Source: Candidatus Saccharimonadota bacterium (lineage in GTDB: Bacteria; Patescibacteriota; Saccharimonadia; Saccharimonadales; Saccharimonadaceae). From it: a DNA stretch of 64,000 nt. The DNA is taken from NCBI GenBank assembly GCA_030529135.1, contig JAUMXO010000001.1, positions 15,335 to 79,334 on the forward strand. Reading direction: 5' to 3'. Each line of letters starts with the position of its first letter. Positions within the stretch are counted from its first letter, which is position 1. The position numbers were made by a program, and so were the translations under genes. Below the pieces are notes generated by a model. The model was not told the origin of the DNA. It was given only the letters and a program-made list of their open reading frames with translations, and searched no databases. Below, in pieces: positions 16,425 through 25,467 of this stretch.

Positions 16425-18860
16425 ATGAACCGGCTAGTTTTAATTGATGGAAAATCTGTCTTTTACCGTGGCTATTATGCCATGGGAGCCTTGAGCCTCC
16501 CAGATGGCACACCAACCGGTGGCATCTATGGCTTTGCCGCCATCGCTATGGAAATTGTTAAAAAGTTAAATCCTAGCAAAATTGTGGTGGCCTGGGATTC
16601 AAAAACTTCCACCGCTAAGAGAAAAGCCATCTACGAAGACTACAAAGCTGGCCGCGTCAAACCAGGCGAAGATTTTTACACTCAAATTCCTTTGCTAAAA
16701 AGACTAATCAACGATCTTGGCTGGTCCTTTATTGAACTAGACAATTACGAGGCCGACGACATTATAGGAACTCTCTCAAAGCAAGCCGACGAAGCGAAAA
16801 ATTACGAAACTTATATCATTTCTTCTGACCTCGATATGCTCCAAATTGTAGATGAAAATACTCATATGTGGCGCATTTTAAAAGGTTTTTCTAATATTGA
16901 AAAAATCGATGTCAAAGAAATTGAAGAGAAATATGGTATCAAAAAAAATCAATTCCTAGATTTAAAAGCCTTAAAGGGCGACTCTTCGGATAATATCCCT
17001 GGCGTCCCAGGCATTGGCGAAAAAACCGCAGCCAAGCTCCTAAACGATTATGGCACCCTAGAAAATATTTATCAGAATTTAGATAAAATCACCGGCTCGA
17101 CTAAAACCAAACTCGAAGCCGGCAAAGATTCTGCCATGATGTCCAAAAAGCTCGCCGAAATTATGTTCGACGCCCCAATCAACCTAACAACCATCCCAGA
17201 CTTCGAGTTCAACAAAGACAAGGTAATTAACGGCTTAAAGAAACTCCAATTCAACTCTCTCATCCGGAAAATTGGTGGGGGGCTTGGGAATAGTGTTTCC
17301 GAGACCGTCCGCGACAACGGGAGCGGAATGAGCGAGGAGCCCCGTGACGACGGGCGCGACGAAGCGCGTCGAGAAAACACTATCCCAAGCCCTGCGAGCG
17401 GCCCGTCCCGAGAGAGCGCCATTTCAAGCTCTAACGACACAATCTTGGATTGGGACATCAAGGGCTTAATGCACGAGAAAACAGAAATTGCCAAGAAAAT
17501 AGAATCCGGTGCAAAATACTGGGATCTTGGCCAAGCCGAATTTCTATTGAACCCTCTAGACCGCGGTCAATCGGACAAATATGACCCCATGGATTTCCGG
17601 ATGGCCTACCAAGTTCAGTACAGGGAACTAACCAAGATCCCTCGCCTATATAATATATATACCGAATTCGATCTTCCTCTCATACCAGTTCTCTACAAAA
17701 TGGAGATAAAGGGTATGCTGATAGATCGCGACTATTTTGCCAAACTTCGCACAGAATATGAAGAAGAGCTTCACACCCTTGAACAAAAAATTTACACTCT
17801 CTCGGGTATAACTTTTAATATCAACTCTCCAATCCAGTTGTCTGAAGTGTTGTTTATGCATCTAGGGCTCGCTACTAAGGGAATCAAAAAGACCACGCGC
17901 GGTTACTCAACCGGTGCAAAAGAATTAGACAAGCTAAAAAACGAGCATCCAATAATTAAAGAAATTATTAAATATCGCGAGACTAGCAAGCTTTTAAATA
18001 CTTATATTATTCCGATGCCAGACCTTGCAGATGACAATGACCGTATCCACACTACCTTTACGCAAAATGTGACTTCTACTGGTAGATTGAGTAGTAAAGA
18101 TCCTAATCTTCAAAATATCCCAGTTCGAACAGAAGAAGGAAAACGAATTCGTGCTGGTTTTGTTGCGCCAAAAGGCAAAAAACTAGTCTCTGCAGATTAT
18201 TCTCAGTTTGAGCTTCGTCTTGCCGCTATCATGTCGGGCGACCAGAGTCTCATCGATGATTTTAATAACAGTATTGATATTCACACTAAAACTGCTTCCG
18301 AAGCTTTCCACACCCCAATAAACCAGGTCACCAAGAATCAACGTCGCGCTGCTAAGGCTATCAATTTTGGCATTATTTATGGCATGAGCATTAATGGCCT
18401 AGCTGAAGCCACCAAAATGAATTTTTACGACGCCAAACGGTTCATGGATAACTACCAAAAACTTCGTGCGCCTATCATGGATTTTATGAAAAAAACTTTA
18501 GAAAAGGCTCGTACTGATGGCTACGTAGAAACTTATTTTGGGCGTCGTCGCCCTACTCCGGATGTCAAATCATCTAATTTTTTGATTAGAACCGCTGCTG
18601 AGCGCGCTGCGGGGAACATGCCAATTCAGGGAACAGAAGCCGATCTGATGAAACGTGCCATGATTAATATCGATAAAAAACTTCCAAAAAATGCCAACTT
18701 AATTATGCAGGTCCACGACTCTTTGATCGTGGAATGTGACGAAAAAGACACCGACGAAATTAGCCAAATTTTAAAACAAGAAATGGAGCAAGTAGCACCA
18801 GAGCTAAAAGTTAAATTGGCCGTAGATGTTACGATAGGCGACAATTGGGGTGAACTATAA
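16425..18860 (+). CDS. polA: DNA polymerase I (with in-frame palindromic insert in the linker)
   Basis: LIDGKS, YEADDIIG, GDSSDNIPGVPGIG, SADYSQFELR, AKAINFGIIYG, QVHDSL. Confidence 0.96.
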   Translation: MNRLVLIDGKSVFYRGYYAMGALSLPDGTPTGGIYGFAAIAMEIVKKLNPSKIVVAWDSKTSTAKRKAIYEDYKAGRVKPGEDFYTQIPLLKRLINDLGWSFIELDNYEADDIIGTLSKQADEAKNYETYIISSDLDMLQIVDENTHMWRILKGFSNIEKIDVKEIEEKYGIKKNQFLDLKALKGDSSDNIPGVPGIGEKTAAKLLNDYGTLENIYQNLDKITGSTKTKLEAGKDSAMMSKKLAEIMFDAPINLTTIPDFEFNKDKVINGLKKLQFNSLIRKIGGGLGNSVSETVRDNGSGMSEEPRDDGRDEARRENTIPSPASGPSRESAISSSNDTILDWDIKGLMHEKTEIAKKIESGAKYWDLGQAEFLLNPLDRGQSDKYDPMDFRMAYQVQYRELTKIPRLYNIYTEFDLPLIPVLYKMEIKGMLIDRDYFAKLRTEYEEELHTLEQKIYTLSGITFNINSPIQLSEVLFMHLGLATKGIKKTTRGYSTGAKELDKLKNEHPIIKEIIKYRETSKLLNTYIIPMPDLADDNDRIHTTFTQNVTSTGRLSSKDPNLQNIPVRTEEGKRIRAGFVAPKGKKLVSADYSQFELRLAAIMSGDQSLIDDFNNSIDIHTKTASEAFHTPINQVTKNQRRAAKAINFGIIYGMSINGLAEATKMNFYDAKRFMDNYQKLRAPIMDFMKKTLEKARTDGYVETYFGRRRPTPDVKSSNFLIRTAAERAAGNMPIQGTEADLMKRAMINIDKKLPKNANLIMQVHDSLIVECDEKDTDEISQILKQEMEQVAPELKVKLAVDVTIGDNWGEL
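17280..17392 (+). repeat. GC-rich palindromic element, in-frame in polA
   Basis: Arms 17280-17298 / 17375-17392 (18 bp plus bulged A); core motifs shared with ileS and 29376 copies. Confidence 0.85.
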
Positions 18861-18864
18861 AACT

Positions 18865-18920
18865 TTTCCACATATAGTGTTAAAAAAATACTTGACTACG
18901 CTATATATAGCGCTTATAAT
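18865..18920 (+). promoter_or_regulatory. sigma70 promoter with two NrdR-box-like sites
   Basis: TTGACT-17-TATAAT (18892-18920); ACGCTATATATAGCGC (18898-18913) and TTTCCACATATAGTGT (18865-18880) fit acaCwAtATaTwGtgt. Confidence 0.7.
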
Positions 18921-18972
18921 AAAAATCAGGTATACTTATAACAACAATTTTAACCAAGGAAAAGGGAAATCT

Positions 18973-19410
18973 ATGAAGAAAATTATTTACAAAAATCCGA
19001 ATGACGCTGAAAATTTCAGCCTTGCACGTTTTACTAAATCTTTAAACAAATATGCTAAAATCTCCGAGAAAGAAATCAAAGACGCCCTAAAAGATTTTAA
19101 TCAATATGAAACTATGCATGTTTCTTGTCTTATAGAGATCGGCATCAAACTTATTGAAAAGCACGCGGATGAAAAAACTGCTGCTGAGTATTTTAATGCT
19201 CACGCTGAATATTTTGACGAAGGCAAATTTGAACGCCTCCGCCGCATCACCGGTTATTTAGTAGGTACTTTGGATCGCTGGAATGATGCTAAAAAAGCCG
19301 AAGAGGCCGCTCGTGTCAAGCATTCGGTTAATTCCGCCATCGACGACGCTGAGCGTCTTGCTGCCCTTGAAACTCAAGCTATGGCGCAAAACATCGCTTA
19401 CGCAAGATAA
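18973..19410 (+). CDS. small stand-alone NrdD C-terminal-like (glycyl-radical motif) protein
   Basis: FERLRRITGYLVGTLDRWNDAKKAEEAARVKH; start ATG 18973 with AGGG RBS. Confidence 0.75.
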   Translation: MKKIIYKNPNDAENFSLARFTKSLNKYAKISEKEIKDALKDFNQYETMHVSCLIEIGIKLIEKHADEKTAAEYFNAHAEYFDEGKFERLRRITGYLVGTLDRWNDAKKAEEAARVKHSVNSAIDDAERLAALETQAMAQNIAYAR

Positions 19411-19436
19411 AATTTTATTATATAATAAGAGTAGCT

Positions 19437-20042
19437 ATGCCAAGCTGGAATACTCATTTAGAAGTCGGCAATCGTCTTGCCGACAAGTTAAGTATCAAAG
19501 GCAAAAAACGCCAAGAGTTTCTTTTCTGGTGCATTTTGCCAGATATCAACAACGGCTATCTCAATCATCCCCACGTTTTTAAGGATCACGAGGAGACCCA
19601 TTATAATTATGAGGGTGATGGCCCCACCAATTTTTACAATGAGAACAAGGTCAAAATTGACGAAAAAGACCCCATGTATTTAGCGTATTTTTTTCATCTC
19701 CTTACGGACTGCATGTTCAATGAGGACTTTAATAGTAGAATAGGAAATTCTCAATACAAAGACAGATCAGAAATAGAGTTAGAGGATTTAAAACACAACG
19801 ATTTCTGGCTTTATGGTACTAACTTCCGCTATATTCTTGATTTTTCTAGAGAAGAGGCTGCCGCTTTAGCTGAGCAGGCTAATCAAATAAAAGCAGTAGA
19901 TATCAACGTCGACGACATTTTAGAAGTTATAGAAATTATAAAATTAGATAAAATTAACGACGCCATCAGAGATGGGCACTATATTCTATACACCAAAGAA
20001 GACCTTGATAATTTAGTCGATAAAGTTGTGGAGAAAATTTAG
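19437..20042 (+). CDS. zinc-dependent phospholipase C-like hypothetical protein
   Basis: MPSWNTHL, ILPDI, YFFHLLTD pattern. Confidence 0.55.
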   Translation: MPSWNTHLEVGNRLADKLSIKGKKRQEFLFWCILPDINNGYLNHPHVFKDHEETHYNYEGDGPTNFYNENKVKIDEKDPMYLAYFFHLLTDCMFNEDFNSRIGNSQYKDRSEIELEDLKHNDFWLYGTNFRYILDFSREEAAALAEQANQIKAVDINVDDILEVIEIIKLDKINDAIRDGHYILYTKEDLDNLVDKVVEKI

Positions 20043-20888
20043 ATGCCCGAGCTCCCAGAAGTAGAAACTATCAGGCGTGGGCTAGCAAAATTCATTGTAA
20101 AAGACAAAATCAAAAATACTAAGGTTTTGTGCGAAAAGTCTTTCCAAGGCGAGCCTGAGGCAGCAAATATTATAGATATCCGTCGCTTTGGCAAAGCCTT
20201 AATTATAGACCTAGACAACGATAAATCTTTGATGATTCACCTTCGGATGACCGGCCAATTGATTTATGATGGGCATAAAGAACGCTACGCTGCCGGTCAC
20301 CCAAGCGACAATTTTCTTGATAATCTTCCTAATAAGCAAACTAGAGTTATCTTAGAGCTTCAAAATGGCACGCTTTATTTTAACGATCAAAGAAAATTCG
20401 GTTTTATTAAAGTCCTAGATACCAAAAATGTAGAGAACGACCCATTTATCAAAAAGTTAGCCAAAGAGCCTTGGCAAATGCAGCTCGAAGAATTTTACGA
20501 AAAATTACAGAAACATCATACTTCAGTCAAGGCCGTAATCCTAGATCAAACTATCATAGCGGGTCTTGGAAATATCTATGCGGACGAAGCTTTGTTTAAG
20601 GCCAAAATTCACCCAAAAACTAAAGCGAATAAACTCACTAAAAAAGAAGCAGAAAATCTGTTAAAAGCTGCCAGATATGTCATGGAAAAATCCATTGAAT
20701 CGGGCGGTTCAACTTTAAAAGACTACAAAAAAGCCGATGGCACCAAAGGCGATTACCTAGATAAATTTGCACAAGTCTTCAATAGACAAGGTCAACCCTG
20801 CCCAAGATGCAGAACCAAATTAGAAAAAATTAAAGTTGCAGGGCGCGGCACCCACATTTGCCCGCATTGCCAAAAGGAGAGGGAATGA
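20043..20888 (+). CDS. mutM: formamidopyrimidine-DNA glycosylase
   Basis: MPELPEVET, HLRMTG, GLGNIYADEALF, CPRC...CPHCQ zinc finger. Confidence 0.96.
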   Translation: MPELPEVETIRRGLAKFIVKDKIKNTKVLCEKSFQGEPEAANIIDIRRFGKALIIDLDNDKSLMIHLRMTGQLIYDGHKERYAAGHPSDNFLDNLPNKQTRVILELQNGTLYFNDQRKFGFIKVLDTKNVENDPFIKKLAKEPWQMQLEEFYEKLQKHHTSVKAVILDQTIIAGLGNIYADEALFKAKIHPKTKANKLTKKEAENLLKAARYVMEKSIESGGSTLKDYKKADGTKGDYLDKFAQVFNRQGQPCPRCRTKLEKIKVAGRGTHICPHCQKERE

Positions 20889-21490
20889 TCAGGATTTTCA
20901 CTGGCAACGATCGTGCCAAGGCAAAACAAGAGGTCAAAAAATTTCTAGGTGAAAATTACGAAGTTATTGACTGCGCGGATCTTACTAAAGACAATCTTCC
21001 ATCAATTTTTCTTGGTACTACTATTTTTGACGCACGTCGCCGCATTCTTCTGCGCGACTTTACCTCCAACTCGAATATTTATTCAGAACTTTCTAAGTAC
21101 TTAAACACTCCTCATGACATTATTCTCTTAGAAACCAAACTCGACAAGCGCACCACTACTTATAAAGAAATCAAAGACAAGGTAGAGATTAAAGAATTCA
21201 AACTGCCACCAAAAACCGATTTTAGAATTGTTTTTGATATTTTTAGAGTCGCCAAAAGAGACGGCAAAAAAGCTGTAGAAATGCTAAAAAAACTAGAGTC
21301 AGAAGAGGATCCAATTAGATTTACTGGCCTACTTGTTTCTCAGGCTATCAAAGATTATCAGAAAAATCAGGGGAACAAAGAAAAACGAATTCTAAAAGAA
21401 TTAAGCAAACTAGATGTAAATTTAAAATCCAGTAAAATCGACCCCTGGCTTTTAGTAGAGTCGTTTTTACTTCAGCTTCAATCTTTTTAG
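20885..21490 (+). CDS. holA: probable DNA polymerase III delta subunit (short)
   Basis: Size, N-terminal IFTGND, position convergent with rpsT; start ATG 20885. Confidence 0.55.
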   Translation: MIRIFTGNDRAKAKQEVKKFLGENYEVIDCADLTKDNLPSIFLGTTIFDARRRILLRDFTSNSNIYSELSKYLNTPHDIILLETKLDKRTTTYKEIKDKVEIKEFKLPPKTDFRIVFDIFRVAKRDGKKAVEMLKKLESEEDPIRFTGLLVSQAIKDYQKNQGNKEKRILKELSKLDVNLKSSKIDPWLLVESFLLQLQSF

Positions 21491-21741
21491 GCTAACTTAA
21501 CTTTCTTAGTCTTAGCATAAGCAGCCAACTTACTTTTACGACGAGCAGCAGTGTTTTTCTTGATGAGATCTTTTTTTACGGCCTTGTCGTACTCAGATTG
21601 CGCTTTTGCCAAACTCTTAGCAGATGGTTTAGCCTTAAAAGCCTTTACCGCAGCTTTGATATTCTTCTTGATCTCTACATTATGCTCGGTGCGTTTTGTT
21701 GCCTGACGGGCAGCTTTCTTAGCAGATTTGATAATCGGCAT
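21487..21741 (-). CDS. rpsT: 30S ribosomal protein S20
   Basis: MPIIKSAKKAARQ...KNTAARRKSKL. Confidence 0.95.
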   Translation of the reverse strand: MPIIKSAKKAARQATKRTEHNVEIKKNIKAAVKAFKAKPSAKSLAKAQSEYDKAVKKDLIKKNTAARRKSKLAAYAKTKKVKLA

Positions 21742-21846
21742 TCTTCTAATATTCCTATAGATTAAAAATTAATAACTTCACTTAATTATACCCCATAAAT
21801 CAAAAAAAGTAAAGGGGGTGCTTCACTTGAAAATAATTTGCCAGTA

Positions 21847-21871
21847 AAAAGGCCTCATCAAGAGGCCTTTT
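21847..21871. terminator. bidirectional-type intrinsic terminator
   Basis: AAAAGGCCTC-ATCAA-GAGGCCTTTT. Confidence 0.7.
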
Positions 21872-21888
21872 AAAAGGGTGGGTGATTA

Positions 21889-22323
21889 TTATTGCTGCTT
21901 TTCTTTGCGTTTACGCTCAAGTGCATAACGCCTGCGCATTAAGTCGGCGATGTGTATAACTTCGCCACGTCGCTGTGCTCTCCGTGCTCCATCCCGGACA
22001 TATCTCCTTCGCGCCGCATCGGCAACAAATTTAACTATCAAATCTTTGCCATGCTGGTCTATCGGCAAAAGTCCGACCGACCGACTTACTTCGGAGTATC
22101 TATTGAGATACTCCCACATGTACCATTCTTTTTCGGCCAGCTGGATTTCCATTGATATTACGCCAGCAGGGTAATACCTCAGGGCTACATCCTTTGCCGG
22201 ATAGACGTTCTCCTTTACGTTCTCTATCCACTTCTCCAGGTGTTGACACTCGCCAACACTATGCAAAAATTCCAACAAGATCGCATAATAGCGATCCAGT
22301 TTTTCCTGGTTTACCGAATTCAT
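21889..22323 (-). CDS. hypothetical protein
   Basis: Open frame with GGGGTG RBS before ATG 22323 and terminator after stop; no recognisable motif. Confidence 0.6.
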   Translation of the reverse strand: MNSVNQEKLDRYYAILLEFLHSVGECQHLEKWIENVKENVYPAKDVALRYYPAGVISMEIQLAEKEWYMWEYLNRYSEVSRSVGLLPIDQHGKDLIVKFVADAARRRYVRDGARRAQRRGEVIHIADLMRRRYALERKRKEKQQ

Positions 22324-22484
22324 CCATATCACCCCCTTTTTAACCTACGCCACCCTATCCTTATATTATAACACAGATAAGAAAAAATGTCAATATAAAC
22401 CCTCTAATTAGCACCGCGAAAATCCCTATTTTTCAGTTGAAAAAAAATCAAGCTTATGCTAATATTATGGAAAGAAAGGTAAAA

Positions 22485-24488
22485 ATGCCAGACGACAATC
22501 AATCAACTACTAATTCATCTGTGTCGGACCCTAGCAATTCGGGTGCGGGCACAAGTACGGACTCCAGCGCAGATGCTATTGTAAGCGGAGCTGATTCTAA
22601 TTTTACTATTCCAAGTCTAGACGACCTCGAATATGCTACCCCCAGCGCCTATGTGGACCCAAATCTTCCACAAGCACCTGATACAAAAAACACGTCACAA
22701 GAAGAATTGGAAGAACCGCAGGGAGAAGAACCGCAGGCAACGCAAGAAGACGAGAGTGACGCCAAAATGACTCCCGAGCAAATTACCGAGGCAACCAAAA
22801 TGTCGGATGGAGTTATGGCTAAAGTTGCCGAAAAAATTGCCAGTGCCAGTAACATCTTGATTGCACTTTCTAGCGATCCGTCCATAGATGAACTTTCGGC
22901 TGCCATTGCGCTGCAACTTTTCTTAGATCGTCTAGGTAAACATGTTATTGCTATTTTTTCTGGCAGCATTCCTGAAACTATCCAATTTTTAAAACCCGAA
23001 GGCATCTTTGAGAATAGCACAGACGCTTTACAAGATTTTGTTATTTCTCTAAGTAAAGACAAAGCAGATCACCTTCGTTACAAGTTAGAGGGAGATTTTG
23101 TCAAAGTTTTCATTACGCCATATAAAAACCGTATCTCTGCTGAGGATCTTGAATTTTCCTATGGCAATTATAATGTCGATCTATGCTTAGCTATAAATGT
23201 CGATAACGGGGTAGATATAGACCCAGCGCTTCGTGATTATGGTCAAATTATACACGGTACTACTGTTATAAACATCACCACCGGTAATCCTGGCAAATTT
23301 GGTGAAATCGAATGGAGCAATCGTCGTGCTAGTTCAGTTTCTGAAATGATTGCCAATTTATTCCTAAACTCTACTGGCGAGACTAAACTAAACGAAAAAG
23401 AGTCCACTGCACTTCTCGCTGGTATTATCGCCGCCACAGATCGTTTTGCTCGTGCTAATACTTTCTCCAATACTTTAGAGACTGCCTCGCGCTTACTCGA
23501 ATTAGGCGCAGATCAACAGCTAGTAGCTGCTAATATTTCCGAAGACTTAGACAACCAATTCTTTGCTAGTTCTAAAGCTGCATCAAAAGCTAAAGAAGAC
23601 TCCGCCGCTACCACCACTAGTACCACTACTAGCCCAGATACTTCATTATCTTCACTCGAATCTTCTAAGTCAACTAAAGATGACAAGAAAGAAGTAGAAC
23701 CAGAAGAACAAACTGAAACCGAGCCTGGTATTGAGATCTCTCACGAAGAGAGCGAAGCAGAGCCCTCTGAAACTAAAACTCCAACAGAGCCTACATCTCC
23801 TGAGCCAACTCCCGCTCCAGACGAATCGTCTGCTAGCACCGGCTCAGTGAATATACCAGTGCCAGAGTCGTCGGATTTATTAAATCCAAAACCTAACATT
23901 CCAAGCTCAACTATTCCAGAATCAGAGTTAACTTCGGAACCAACCACGCCAACACCAATTATCCCAAGACCAACTGAAGATCCTGGTATGTTAGACGAAC
24001 TCAAAGCCACAGAAGCTAGTTTATCTAATGTTGGTGCTGAAACTACTATCCCAGCGCCAACTGATCAACCAATCAGCATCTCCAATAGTGGTGTCATAGA
24101 GCCTATCAACTCATTTGCCACTGGTGAACCAGCTGACGCTACTAGCAAATACGGACAGATGCTAGAAGATGCTCTCGCTGAGCCAACTACTGCTGAAGCA
24201 GCGCCTATGGCTAACGGTTTGCCACCAGTAGAAAATCCAGCCGCATCAATCGCACCAGAGGTTAGTACTACGCCCGAGACTAGCAATATGCCAGAAATAA
24301 ATTATGGCGAAAATTCTAACGATCAAATTCTCCCACCGCCGCCAGCCCCGCCGATAGACATTAATGCGCCGATGCCGATGCCAGCCCCAGTTGACCCAAA
24401 TGCTGCGCCAACATTGCCACCGATGCCAGAGCCAACCCCAGCTACCGCCCCAAACGCTCCCGATGCCTTTACTATCCCAGGTGTCTAA
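22485..24488 (+). CDS. DHH-family-like protein with degenerate motifs and long disordered acidic/Pro-rich termini
   Basis: ILIALSSDPSIDELSAA, SSVSEMI, LLAGIIAATDRF; GAAAGG RBS before ATG 22485. Confidence 0.7.
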   Translation: MPDDNQSTTNSSVSDPSNSGAGTSTDSSADAIVSGADSNFTIPSLDDLEYATPSAYVDPNLPQAPDTKNTSQEELEEPQGEEPQATQEDESDAKMTPEQITEATKMSDGVMAKVAEKIASASNILIALSSDPSIDELSAAIALQLFLDRLGKHVIAIFSGSIPETIQFLKPEGIFENSTDALQDFVISLSKDKADHLRYKLEGDFVKVFITPYKNRISAEDLEFSYGNYNVDLCLAINVDNGVDIDPALRDYGQIIHGTTVINITTGNPGKFGEIEWSNRRASSVSEMIANLFLNSTGETKLNEKESTALLAGIIAATDRFARANTFSNTLETASRLLELGADQQLVAANISEDLDNQFFASSKAASKAKEDSAATTTSTTTSPDTSLSSLESSKSTKDDKKEVEPEEQTETEPGIEISHEESEAEPSETKTPTEPTSPEPTPAPDESSASTGSVNIPVPESSDLLNPKPNIPSSTIPESELTSEPTTPTPIIPRPTEDPGMLDELKATEASLSNVGAETTIPAPTDQPISISNSGVIEPINSFATGEPADATSKYGQMLEDALAEPTTAEAAPMANGLPPVENPAASIAPEVSTTPETSNMPEINYGENSNDQILPPPPAPPIDINAPMPMPAPVDPNAAPTLPPMPEPTPATAPNAPDAFTIPGV

Positions 24489-24504
24489 AACAGGGAACAA
24501 GAAC

Positions 24505-24545
24505 AAAAAAAGAGACTCGCTCCGAAAAACGAGTCTCTCTTTTTT
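24505..24545. terminator. bidirectional intrinsic terminator between convergent DHH-like gene and tRNA-Asp
   Basis: A-tract, AGAGACTCG/CGAGTCTCT stem, T-tract. Confidence 0.8.
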
Positions 24546-24567
24546 GAAGTTTTTGTTCCAACAAAAA

Positions 24568-24644
24568 TGGCGGATCCGACGAGACTCGAACTCGCGACCT
24601 CTGCCGTGACAGGGCAGCGCTCTAACCAACTGAGCTACGAATCC
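24568..24644 (-). tRNA. tRNA-Asp(GUC)
   Basis: Reverse strand GGATTCGTAGCTCAGTTGGTTAGAGCG-CTGCC-CTGTCAC-GGCAG...GTTCGAGTC...CCA. Confidence 0.97.
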
Positions 24645-24757
24645 ACAATGTATATTATACACCATTTTCAGATTTTCACAAGCCCACAATTTCTTACACT
24701 AATCTATTGACAAAATCAATCCACCCAGATATAATCATAACCATAAAGGTCATACAA

Positions 24758-25252
24758 ATGTTATTAGGTGTGTTAAACAAAGTGTTTTTGCGTAGGCGTC
24801 GTCAATTTCGCCTTCCCGGCAAAAATTTGCGACGTGCTGGTTTTTGTTCCAGCGTCTTACTGGCAGCGCTTATAATTTTTGGTGTTTGCCCTATCGCTTC
24901 TGGTAGCGACGATACAGTAGATGCAGCAGCTAAATCCTCCAATACCTCTCTGACTATGACTACAAATTACGAAAGCGCCAGATTAGATATTGTTCCTACT
25001 GATCTCGCAGGTACTTTTGCTACTTCACCCAATGATAAAGTAGCTAGATTTGGTATTATTACAGATAATGCTACAGGATATAAATTAACCATTAAGGAAA
25101 AGACTACCACAAACAGTGGTAAACTGGTTAACAGCGACGGTAGTTTCTATCTTCTATTTCTACTTCTACCGCAGCAGCAGACTTTAGCAATGGTGAATGG
25201 GGGTATAAACCCAGTAAATACATCGCTAGTACATCTACCTGGCAGTCTTTAA
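24758..25252 (+). pseudogene. N-terminal part of giant surface protein, separated by a frameshift near 25150
   Basis: Signal/TM region and ITDNATGYKLTI domain; its continuation (FSNGEWGY...AGNYTNTFVLAAVGN) lies in the frame of ORF 25468, open from 25144. Confidence 0.75.
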
Positions 25253-25467
25253 GCGGTGATGATTATCTCAAATCACCTACTACCGAATATACACTTGATG
25301 AAACTAACACCAAAAATTCTACCGCTCAAGAATATTCTATTGGTCTCGGAGCTAGGATAGACTATACACAAACAGCAGGTAATTATACCAACACTTTTGT
25401 TCTAGCTGCAGTAGGCAATCCAATCACTTATACTATTAATTATACTGATGCTACGGGTGATAGCAGT

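Noticed and set aside
24640-24665. AATGTATATTAT resembling the core of a dif site
   Set aside because: Arms match poorly, and on the minus strand it reads TGTATAAT at the right distance to be the tRNA-Asp promoter.
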